From: Octopus sinensis
Lineage: Eukaryota
DNA length: 64,000 nucleotides
Reading direction: 5' to 3'
Assembly: GCF_006345805.1 (NCBI RefSeq)
Contig: NC_043004.1
Location: forward strand, 104,222,001 to 104,286,000
A model generated the notes under the pieces. The model saw only the letters and a list, made by a program, of their open reading frames with translations. It made no database searches and was not told where the DNA came from. Position 1 is the stretch's first letter; every line of letters begins with the position of its first letter. Shown in pieces: positions 52,601 through 64,000 of the stretch. A program made the position numbers and the translations under genes.

Positions 52601-53178
52601 GCATTCATGCATGTGTTTGTGTGTTATACATTTGTATACATATATGACCCAGTTCCTGACTACCAAATGTCACTCACAAGCAATTGGTCAAGCCATGATG
52701 GCACCAGCTGACTGTTAATTTGTGAACAATTCAAAGATGGTAACATAGAAGTCTGTTTAGAACAATTTTCCTAAAGGTAGGGCATGGCTGTTGGATGTGA
52801 TTTACTACAGAATGGGTTGTAAGTAAGTAACAAGTGAGCAAAGTTTCCAATTAAGTTTTAATTGAAAATTCTGTGTGCGTGCCTGTGTGTGTTATATTTA
52901 CCAACTTTATTCAGGGGGAGGGGGCACTTCTTTTTCTGTCTTTTGAAGTAGGTCAAAGAACAAAGGACAAAGAAGGTTGGTAAACTCTGGAGGAGAGGTG
53001 CCACCAGCAATGCACTGAGGTTGTTTAGTACAGTTTTGCTCAAAGTGGCAAAAACTAGGCTTTCCCTACAAAATTATTAGTAGAATTTTTTGCCACTCCT
53101 TTTTATTAATAAGAAAACAAATCAGAGTTTACAAATATAAAATCCTTCTTTTTTTGTATTCCAGAGTCATGGACAAGT

Positions 53179-53397
53179 TTAACCCTTTAGCATTTAAGCA
53201 GGCCATATCCAGCCAAAATATTCGACCTATTTTGTGTCCAAATTGGCCAGATCTAAACCTCTCACACCAGCCTTACAATATCATTCTAAAAATGAACAGT
53301 TACCTCATCAAAATTTCAAAGCTACAACATAACGCTGATTAATTCAAAACAATAAGACTAAATAAGTATTACGTTTGACAGATTACTAAAGGGTTAA
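53179..53397. mobile_element. piggyBac-type MITE (older relative at 30995-31240)
   Basis: TTAA-CCCTTTAG...CTAAAGGG-TTAA. Body is similar to 30995-31240. Confidence 0.75.
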
Positions 53398-53475
53398 AAA
53401 GTGTAAAGTCACCTTGATTTTAATAAACATGGTTATTTCTCCACTGCTATTTCAATCCCCATGGTTAGCCTTCAT

Positions 53476-55032
53476 GAGAAATACAGGTTTAGTATATTTA
53501 CCAGCATAAGTTTATTAATATATTCATCAAGAAGTGGGTGTGTGGTAAGTAGCTTGCTAACCAACCACATGGTTCCGGGTTCAGTCCCACTGCGTGCATC
53601 TTGGGCAAGTGTCTTCTGCTATAGCCCCGGCCGCCAATGCCTTGTGAGTGGATTTGGAAGACGGAAACTGAAAGAAGCCTGTCGTATTATGTATATATAT
53701 ATATATTATATATATGTATTTGTGTGTGTGTTTGGTGTCTGTGTTTGTCCCCCTAGCATTGCTTGACAACCGATGCTGGTGTGTTTACGTCCCCATCACT
53801 TAGCGGTTCGGCAAAAGAGACCGATTAGAATAAGTACTGGGCTTACAAAGAATAAGTCCCGGGTCGATTTGCTCGATTAAGGCGGTGCTCCAGCATGGCC
53901 ACAATCAAATGACTGAAACAAGTAAAAGAGTAAAAGAGTATTCTTTTATGTCCATTTCCTCTACTTGCAAAGATCGACACCATTCAGTTCCCTCATTAGG
54001 AGGAGGCCACGACTCACTTATTCAGCAGGATTTCTATGACTAGATGCCCTTCCTAACAACAACCATTTTACAAAGTTTACTGAATGCCTTCCTAGATGTA
54101 CTATCTTCTCCATGTCTTTTTGATTTGTTCTTCTTATAGTGTGCATGTATAATGTCATTTTTACTATTTTTAGATGAGTCCCAAAAATTGCCCCGTATCC
54201 TATGCAGCTGTTTTATGGATGAGAGGTCAAGTGCTGTAGGCTAGCAGCTTGATATGCATAAGTCCTCTTGGCACACAAATTGTTCCTAATAATATAATTA
54301 TTGATCATACATACACAATGCATGTGCTGTATTTGTTTGCCATTAGGCTGCGGTAAAGCACAGTGGGGATGACTCCCTCAAAGCACTGGGAATTAAAATG
54401 CCTGAAAGTCATAGACAGATCAGACTTTCAGGTCTATGACTTTCTGATGTTGTAACAGCCAGCGCTATGAGGAAATTACCCCACCGTGCTAAACTGTAGC
54501 CTACCAGCTGGTTGTTACAATGCCTCAAAGTCATAGATAGATGAGACATTTAGTTCTATGACTTTGACACCTGGCACTTTGAGAGAGTCCTCCCCACTGC
54601 GCTAAATTGCAGCCTTCTGGCAACAAGCAAGGCTCATACATTCAGTGTGTGTGTTAATGTTCACAACACTAGCACTGCTTCTAATTCCTGTTTAGATTCC
54701 TGTTCTAATTCCTGAAATATCCAGTCTGTTAGCACAAGTATATGGAAAAATTGCTTACAGTATTCTTTTATTCTTCTAACTGTTTCAGTCATTTGACTGT
54801 GGCCATGTTGAGCACTGCCTTAAAAGGGTTTTAGTCAAAGAAATCATCACCAGGATTTATTCATTGTGAGCCTAGTACTTAACTCTATTGATTTCTTTTG
54901 CTGAACTGGTAAGTTATAAGGATGTAAACACACCAACATTGGTTGTCAAAATGAAGATGAGGGTAGAAACACAAACACAGGCACAAAGATACGCACACAC
55001 AAATACATACATAAATACATACATACATACAT

Positions 55033-55072
<40 letters not shown>

Positions 55073-55693
55073 ATACATACATATATGGCTTCTTTCAGTT
55101 TCCGTCTACCAAATCAACTCACAAGACTTCGGTCAACCCAAGGCTATAGTAGAAGATACTTGCCCAAAGTTCCACACAGTGGGACTGAACCTAGAACCAT
55201 GTGGTTGGGAAGCAAGCTTCTTACCACACAGCCACACCTGTGCCTATATCAGTATTTATGTAAAGAGATCACACCACCTCATTATACCTCCTTGCCCAGC
55301 ATATGTAACTCATGCCTGATACGTGTCTTGCATTATTTAGTGACTGTTTTACCTTTAAGAAACATTTCTTTAGTCATCTAAATGAAAATTCTGTTAAACT
55401 TTTGTCTGCCGATTAGCTGTTTGCTCTGAGTGGTTGACAATAAAACCATGGAGGTTGTATGCCACACTGGTAGTTGACAGGCATTATACAAAGCTTCATA
55501 ACCAAAAAGGAGAGTTTTACATCCTCTTTTGTTTAGAATATAAACTACTAAACAGTTAGTTTAAAAGAAGATAAAATTGAAATGCAGTACATGTGTGATG
55601 TAGTTTATATATATTGAATTTATGGTTTCATATTTTATTTCAATGTACCTGTCACAGTATTGAGGTTACATGTAGAGAATCAATCATTTCCCC
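53476..55693 (+). repeat. Left arm of ~2.2 kb inverted duplication
   Basis: Reverse complement of 57171-59354 throughout, including SINEs and unique sequence. Confidence 0.95.
54337..54623. mobile_element. Fold-back MITE-like element with nested hairpins (second copy 58206-58492)
   Basis: Imperfect ~55-bp TIRs, two AAAGTCATAGA..TCTATGACTTT hairpins and a TTGTAACAGCCAGC..GCTGGTTGTTACAA hairpin. Confidence 0.6.
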
Positions 55694-56060
55694 CTCGAAA
55701 ACCAGTTTAAAATATCTTTCATAAAGTTTATGATGGAATTACTAAAATTGTTTTCTCTCTATAAAACATACTTGTAAATTAGGGATTTGTCTTAAGCATA
55801 GTGTGTCTTATATGCCAGCGATATACAGTACGTGTGTGTGTGTATCTATAATTAATGAAGAAATAAATGGGATAATTATCCTCTTATGCAGCACAACTAA
55901 TTAGCGCTCTAATAGAGCCTCAGGAATAGAAAGAACAAGGAAGAGAACAAATTTCAAAGGTCAGCGTTCATATTCACAAAATATATTTCAAAACATCGAA
56001 ATCCTCCACACCATACATAGGTGCATTCATATACACAAGATATGATATAAAAATTTGTAA

Positions 56061-56101
<41 letters not shown>

Positions 56102-56524
56102 TAGGTGCAGGAGTGGCTGTGTGGTAAGTAGCTTGCTAACCAACCACATGGTTCTGGGTTCAGTCCCACTGCGAGGCATCTTGGGCAAGTGTCTTCTGCT
56201 ATGGCCCCGGGCCGACCAATGCCTTGTGAGTGGATTTGGTAGACGGAAACTGAAAGAAGCCTGTCGTATATATGTATATATATATATATATATATGTGTG
56301 TATGTTTGTGTGTCTGTGTTTCTCCCCCTAGCATTGCTTGACAACCGATGCTGGTGTGTTTACGTCCCCGTCACTTAGTGGTTCGGCAAAAGAGACCGAT
56401 AGAATAAGTACTGGGCTTACAAAGAAAAAGTCCCGGGGTCGATTTGCTCGACTAAAGGCGGTGCTCCAGCATGGCCACAGTCAAATGACTGAAACAAGTA
56501 AAAGAGAGTAAAGAGTAAAGAGTA
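56102..56524 (+). mobile_element. SINE family A, young copy in the spacer of the large inverted repeat
   Basis: Near-identical to the 20880 copy. Confidence 0.9.
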
Positions 56525-57076
56525 TATAAAAACATAAATGTACTTGCAAGGTTGTACATATTAAAATCAATGTGGATATTAAAATATGCGGATGGTGAAT
56601 GTATAGTGGTAATCCAAATAGATGAGATTGTTGGTATAAAATGATTTTAAAAGGAATCTTGAGCAGGTACAAAGTCTGACAGCCATTTTGAGAAGATATA
56701 GGTTGGTATGGGCAAGTTAATTCCAACCATAACAATCATCTATATTTCTCTCATCAGAGTTAATCTAAAAGATTTGTAAATGAGTTATTTAAATCTTAAA
56801 GTTTTAAGCAACATGAGAAATTTAAGAATTTCTATATTATATCTTGTGTATATGATGAATCCACCTGTGTATGCTGTGGAGTATTCCAATACTTTGAAAT
56901 ATATTGAATGAATATGAACACTGACCCCTGAAATTTGTTCTCTCTTTCTTGGTCTATATACATATATATATATATATATAATATATATATATAATATATA
57001 TATATATTATATATATATATATATATAAACAAATCAAATTGCGATAAAATAAAAATAATTATAATCGATGGTATTA

Positions 57077-59099
57077 CTAACACAAGCCATATATTTTCCA
57101 GTACATTAAGGCGAAATATGTGCTAGGAACACAGAAGCTTGATAAATTTAGTGAAATGAAGATAAAAACAGGGGAAAATGATTGATTCTGTACATGTAAC
57201 TTCAATACTGTGACAGGTACATTGGAATAAAATACGAAACCAAAAATTCATTATATATAAACTACATCATACATGTACTGCCTTTCAATTTTATCTTCTT
57301 TTAAACTAACTGTTTAGTAGTTTATATTCTAAACAAAAGAGGATGTAAAACTCTCATTTTTGGTTATGAAGCTTTGTGTATCCTGTCAACTACCAGTGTG
57401 GCATACAACCTCCATGGTTTCATTGTCAACCACTCAGAGCAAATGGCTAATAGGCAGACAAGAGTTTAACAGAATTTTCATTTAGATGATTAAAGAAATG
57501 TTTCTTAAAGGTAAAACAGTCACTAAATAATGCAAGACACGTATCAGGCATGAGTTACATATGCTGGGCAAGGAGTTAGAATGAGGTGGTGTGATGCCCA
57601 GGTGTGGCTGTGTGGTAAGAAGCTTGCTTCCCAACCACATGGTTCTAGGTTCAGTCCTACTGTGTGGAACTTTGGGCAAGTATCTTCTACTATAGCCTTG
57701 GGTTGACCGAAGTCTTGTGAGTGGATTTGGTAGACGGAAACTGAAAGAAGCCATGTATGTATGTGTGTGTGTGTGTGTGTGTTTATGTATGTATGTATGT
57801 ATTTATGTATGTATTTGTGTGTGCGTATCTTTGTGCCTGTGTTTGTGTTTCTACCCTCATCTTCATTTTGACAACCAATGTTGGTGTGTTTACATCCTTA
57901 TAACTTACCAGTTCAGCAAAAGAAATCAATAGAGTTATGTACTAGGCTCACAATGAATAAATCCTGGTGTTGATTTCTTTGACTAAAACCCTTTTAAGGC
58001 AGTGCTCAGCATGGCCACAGTCAAATGACTGAAACAGTTAAAAGAATAAAAGAATACTGTAAGCAATTTTTCCATATACTTGTGCTAAAAGACTGGATAT
58101 TTCAGGAATTAGAACAGGAATTAGAACAGGAATCTAAACAGGAATTAGAAGCAGTGCTAGTGTTGTGAACATTAACACACACACTGAATGTATGAGCCTT
58201 GCTTGTTGCCAGAAGGCTGCAATTTAGCGCAGTGGGGAGGACTCTCTCAAAGTGCCAGGTGTCAAAGTCATAGAACTAAATGTCTCATCTATCTATGACT
58301 TTGAGGCATTGTAACAACCAGCTGGTAGGCTACAGTTTAGCACGGTGGGGTAATTTCCTCATAGCGCTGGCTGTTACAACATCAGAAAGTCATAGACCTG
58401 AAAGTCTGATCTGTCTATGACTTTCAGGCATTTTAATTCCCAGTGCTTTGAGGGAGTCATCCCCACTGTGCTTTACCGCAGCCTAATGGCAAACAAATAC
58501 AGCACATGCATTGTGTATGTATGATCAATAATTATATTATTAGGAACAATTTGTGTGCCAAGAGGACTTATGCATATCAAGCTGCTAGCCTACAGCACTT
58601 GACCTCTCATCCATAAAACAGCTGCATAGGATACGGGGCAATTTTTGGGACACATCTAAAAATAGTAAAAATGACATATATACATGCACACTATAAGAAG
58701 AACAAATCAAAAAGACATGGAGTAGATAGTACATCTAGGAAGGCATTCAGTAAACTGTAAAATGGTCGTTGTTAGGAAGGGCATCTAGTCATAGAAATCC
58801 TGCTGAATAAGTGAGTCATGACCTCCTCCTAAGGAGGGAACTGAATGGTGTCGATCTTTGCAAGTAGAGGAAATGGACATAAAAGAATATTCTTTTACCC
58901 TTTTACTTGTTTCAGTCATTTGACTGCGGCCATGCTGGAGCACCGCCTTTAGTCGAGCAAATCGACCCCGGGACTTATTCTTTTGTAAGCCCAGTACTTA
59001 TTCTATCGGTCTCTTTTGCCGAACCGCTAAGTGACGGGGACGTAAACACACCAGCATCGGTTGTCAAGCAATGCTAGGGGGACAAACACAGACACACAA

Positions 59100-59132
<33 letters not shown>

Positions 59133-59655
59133 CATATATACGACAGGCTTCTTTCAGTTTCCGTCAACCAAATCCACTCACAAGGCATTGGTTGGCCCGG
59201 GGCTATAGCAGAAGACACTTGCTCAAGATACCACGCAGTGGGATTGAATCCGGAACCACGTGGTTGGTTAGCAAGCTACTTACCACACACCCACTCCTTG
59301 ATGAATATATTAATATACATATGCTGGTAAATATACTAAACCTGTATTATTCTCAGACTGCAGTTTCTTTCTTTTCAGCAATAAAGATAATTTATTTGCT
59401 CAGGGAGAATTCATCAGTGAGAGCCCTGTTTTTCTGAGATCCTAACACAAGCCATATATTTTCCATATATCAGTACATTAAGGCGAAATATGTGCTAGGA
59501 ACACAGAAGCTTGATAAATTTAGTGAAATGAAGATAAAAACATTTACTAACTCGGTTATTCTCAGACTGTAGTTTCTTTCTTTTCAGCAATAAAGATAAT
59601 TTATTTGCTCAGGGAAAATTCATCAGTGAGAGCCCTGTTTTTCTGAGATCCTAAC
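57077..59655 (+). repeat. Direct duplication of two ~100-bp blocks bracketing the right arm
   Basis: Block A 57077-57170 matches 59442-59542. Block B 59347-59446 matches 59556-59655. Confidence 0.9.
57171..59354 (-). repeat. Right arm of ~2.2 kb inverted duplication
   Basis: Reverse complement of 53476-55693 with scattered substitutions and indels. Confidence 0.95.
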
Positions 59656-60142
59656 TCACTAGAAGCATGTGCTTCTAATGATTTACTCTCTCTAACTAAT
59701 CATATCACTGCGCAGACTCCGAACATATATAAAAATACAAAAATGGGACAAGAACGCAAGACATCCGGACAGTTAGGTGATACAAAAAGGGGACAACAAA
59801 ACATCCAGATGGACGATACAAAGAAAACAAGGACAGGTCATTCGGAGTTTTCTATTCTCAGTCGAGCTCCAGATTATCTTTGCAATTTCAGCTGGTTATA
59901 CTCGAGATTGCTCCAATCTGGCCAGCCCCAGGGAAAAACTAAGCTAAGAGCATTAGATTCCTTGGAAGAAAGCAGCGAATGTATACGAAAACAAGGAAGG
60001 AAAAAAACAGAAAAACGTTACACAAATACAAATGCAATTAACAGGATATAACAACAGGTGTCTTTCGACTAAGGACGAATTAAATTAAGCTGGCATGTGT
60101 GGAAGTAAAGCCTATATATATATATATATATACATACACACA

Positions 60143-60842
60143 CAGGGTGGTGCAAAAATTTGGACCCATAAGCAATTTATTATACTTCAATTTATGGTTT
60201 ATAATAAGTGTTTGAACTCATTTCCACCTTCTTCCAAACACTTTCTTACTCCAGAGGCACATGATCTTTGCACATTTCTGAGTATAGAGTTATTCCCTCA
60301 TATGGTTTCAATTTCTTGTATGATGTTATCTTTTAGTGCTTGTAATATTCTCGGTCTGTTAGCATAAACCACTGATTTAAGATGTCCCCATATGAAAAAA
60401 ATCTGACTGAAATCCGGCGATCTTGGTGGCCATTCAACCGGTCCTTGACCGTCCAATCCATTTTCTTGGAAATGTCAATCTTGGTGGCCATTCAACCGGT
60501 CCTTGACCGTCCAATCTATTTTCTTGGAAATGTATTGTCCAAAAGACTTCTTATCTTTCGTATAATGTGGCGGAGACACATCCTGTTGAAACCACATATC
60601 TCTTCAAATTGCTAATGGTACGTCATCTAGGCAAGGCACAAGGAATGTTTTTAGTAAATGATGGTATGACTCACCTGAGAAGAAATAAGGACCAATTATC
60701 GTACTTCCCCTTATGGCCAACTACACCATAATCCTTGGATAGTATTCGACATGACATGATAATTAAATGATCAAAATTATGTTTGAGATAAGAAATACTT
60801 TTTTGTAATTTCTCTATGGGCCCAGACTTTTGCACCACCCTG
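60143..60842 (-). mobile_element. Tc1/mariner internally deleted transposon
   Basis: TIR CAGGGTGGTGCAAAA.T.TGG.CCCATA at both ends. Minus strand WFQQDVSPPHY and VEWPPRSPDF..FFIWGHLKSVVYANRP. Internal ~58-bp tandem duplication at 60420-60532. Confidence 0.85.
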
Positions 60843-61005
60843 TATATATGTATGTGTGTGTGTATAAATATATACATATATATATATATTTATATATATA
60901 TATATATACACACACACATGTGTATCATCATCATCATCATCATCATCGGTTTAAACATCCGTCTTTCATGCTAGCATGGGTGGGACATATATCTATGTTA
61001 TATGA

Positions 61006-61147
61006 AATACGAAGACTGGTATGTCATTTTCTTTTAATTTAACAGTTAGTTATAGAACATAATTAGTTAGTTTTAAGTAACTAATTATGATCTATTAACT
61101 AACTGTTAAATCAAAACAAAATTTGAAGATGTACCAGTCTTCATATT
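61006..61147. repeat. ~140-bp AT-rich palindrome
   Basis: GAAGACTGGTA..TTTAACAGTTAGTTATAGA.CATAATTAGTTA / TAACTAATTATG.TCTATTAACTAACTGTTAAA..TACCAGTCTTC. Confidence 0.75.
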
Positions 61148-61638
61148 CTTTGTAATTGTTTGGAATTTACTCTCCAGAAAATATTCATAATTCAAAAAGG
61201 CAAACACGGATATACCCATCAGAGGAATTACAGCAGGATTGCCCATTCCAAGCAATCATTGAACTTTATTGTTATTTGATATGGTTAGCCGGAACCTGGA
61301 AGATACCTGTGAGCTATTACAGTACCCACCTGGATAATTTATCCCTATCTATATATCTTTTATACACACTCACGCACACACACATATGTGTATAGTTATA
61401 TCTATGTATGTATATGTATATATACGTGTGTGTGTGTGTGTCTATATGTGTGTGTTTGTGTATATGTAAGCATATTAAAAGAAGACAAAAAAAAGTGTAC
61501 TGTTATTTCATAGTGTTTTCATAATTTTGTCATACTAAAGAAATTGTTTTTGGAAAACATTATTGAAAAAAAAAAGTGAATTGATTCAAATTTCACAATT
61601 GATACATTTCTATCTACACTCACTTCCACTCTAAACAC

Positions 61639-61683
<45 letters not shown>

Positions 61684-61985
61684 GAGAGAGAGAGTGAGAG
61701 AATGTGTGCGTTGTGTTCTTTCTTTGATGCTTGGCATGTGAACAGCTCATGCCTGTGATCAAGATACACCATGGACATTATATTTCACACCCAAGTATTG
61801 GTTGTTTAAGAGCAAAGACACACGGTTGGTTGCTTTTATACAGATAGCATCTCTTTGTGATAGCATTAAGCCAGAGGATAAAAAGAATGACATTAACTAT
61901 AGTGTGTATGTGTGTGTGTATGTACGTATGTGTGTGTATATATATATCCACCACAATATATGCATGTTTGTGTGTGTATGTGTGC

Positions 61986-62030
<45 letters not shown>

Positions 62031-62348
62031 TATATATATTATAATACACACATATAATATATATATATATAATATACACCATATATATTATATATTAATA
62101 TATATTATATATATATATTATATATATATATAACATATATTACATATACACATTTACTATCTTTATATATATATATACATATATTACATATACACATTTA
62201 TATATTATATATATACATATATACATACACATGTATATACATATATATGTAATGTGTGTGTATACATGTGTGTGTGTCCATATGTATGTATATATCTTTT
62301 ATCTTTATACATATATACATATATATATTTGTATGCAGTGTGGGTGTT

Positions 62349-62401
<53 letters not shown>

Positions 62402-62997
62402 AATGTCTACTTTTAAACATTTATAGCTAAACTGAATGTAGTTGGTGGTTATTTAGCTTTGCTTGTAGAAAATTCATCTGTGTATGTGTGTGTGTGTGCT
62501 TAAAGCATATATATGTGTGTGTATATATGCATGTGGTTAAAAAATCCTGGTTGTAGACTTGGCTGTGTGTGGTTGCCAATTTCACTTCCCGACCACATGG
62601 TCTCTAGTTCAGTTTGTCTGCCTGGTTCCTTGGGCCAGTGTTTTCTACTATAGCCCTGGGATTTCCATTTGTTACATCAAGAAATTATGATAACATGAAG
62701 ACAAGAGAAGCAATTTTTCAAGCAGTGTCAACATAAAGACTAACATGGGGACAAATACACAAACTCACACAAACACACACATTTGTATGAGTATGTGCGC
62801 ATGCACACACGCACACTCACATACTCATACACCCGCTTCGTTTCTATCTTCTGTTTTCACTGAGAAGATATTAGTCTGCTTGAAGTTATAGTAACTGACA
62901 TTTGCTTAAGATGCAGTGAGACCGAAACTAGAATCACATGATTTTTTAGCGAATTTGTTAATAACAGCTCTGCCTGCAGCTGTGTATTTGTGTGTGT

Positions 62998-63028
<31 letters not shown>

Positions 63029-63257
63029 TGTTTAGGAAGCTGCAAGTTATGGCTAGTCATAGAGTAACCATTGGTTTTGCATCTATAAAGCACTTAGCAG
63101 TATAGGTGATTATACTACTAAGCAGTTTATTGGTGTGAAACCAATAGTTACTCTATGAGTGGCCACAGGTTTTAACTTACTAAAATATACATTACTACTC
63201 TAATACTTTAGCATGTGTCCCTTTTTTCAGACATATGACCTACTGGCAATATATATA

Positions 63258-63632
63258 CTCTTTTACTCTTTTACTTGTTTCAGTCATTTGACTGCGGCCA
63301 TGCTGGAGCACCACCTTTAATCGAGCAACTCGACCCCGGGACTTCTTCTTTGTAAGCCCAGTACTTATTCTATCGGTCTGTTTTGCCAAACCGCTAAGTG
63401 ACGAAGACATAAACACACCAGCGATGTCAAGCGATGTTGGGGGGACAAACACAGACATACAAACATACACACATATATATTTATACATATATACGACGGG
63501 CTTCTTTCAGTTTCCGTCTACCAGATCCACTCACAAGGCTTTGGTCAGCCCAAGGCTATAGTAGAAGACAAGGTGCCATGCAGTGGGACTGAACCTGGAA
63601 CCATGTGGTTGGTAAACAAGCTACTTACCACG
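63258..63632 (-). mobile_element. SINE family A
   Basis: Reverse complement of consensus. Confidence 0.85.
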
Positions 63633-64000
63633 TTTTTATTTAGAGAGGTATATCCATGTATAGAAGTGTGTGCGTGTATGTGTATATCATCATCATCGTC
63701 GTTGTTTTAATATTTACTTTTCCATGCTTGCTTAGATGAGGCAAGAGCATACTGGGACAAAGTTTCCTATGTCTTGTTACCAAATTATGTCACCAACTCA
63801 CACCTGTTTCTAAGTAAGGTTGTAACCTCACAGTTTATCAAACAAACAGCCCAGACATGCTTTCACAGTGGACTGCAGGCAAATGACTCTCAGACACACA
63901 TACATATTATACATTCAGGCACACACACACATACGCCCTTCCCCACATGCATGTGTTCGATGGTCTTCTTTCTGATTCTGTCTATCAAATCCGTTCACAA

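Noticed and set aside
52191-52718. ORFs rich in YI, HT, CV and MY repeats (also 38727-39033, 61778-62420 and many others)
   Set aside because: Translations of (TA)n, (CA)n and (TATG)n microsatellites.
55085-57932. Duplicated ORF pairs (MASFSFRLPN.., MYVCV..HFDNQCW)
   Set aside because: SINE-derived frames copied by the 2.2-kb inverted duplication.
59740-60112. Repeat in TA tract examined for a hammerhead or HDV-like ribozyme
   Set aside because: No complete catalytic core with matching stems was found. Kept only as a repeat homologous to 3975-4097.

Overview
AT-rich, microsatellite- and SINE-dense animal genomic DNA. The repeat families suggest an Octopus-like coleoid cephalopod (inference). 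The only well-supported host gene is an intronless jun (AP-1 bZIP) on the minus strand (12484-13365). Its proximal promoter repeats the element order of the vertebrate c-jun promoter (CCAAT, TGACATCA, MEF2, TATA-like), adds an AP-1 site and an upstream CArG box, and its 3' UTR carries two Pumilio elements. The rest is mobile DNA: at least four short interspersed repeat families, a young 5'-truncated CR1 LINE inside a decayed Tigger/pogo transposase, RTE, R4/Dong and CRE relics, Tc1/mariner, piggyBac and hAT-like MITEs, and a tRNA-Lys pseudogene. Notable structures are a ~2.2 kb inverted duplication with microhomology junctions (53.5-59.7 kb), a ~200 bp fold-back carrying decayed minimal hammerhead ribozymes, a twin-priming-type inverted RTE, SINEs inserted antisense into their own relatives, and an apparent CpG-retaining domain around jun. 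Most short ORFs in the track are microsatellite or SINE artefacts. Repeat boundaries are by eye and approximate.
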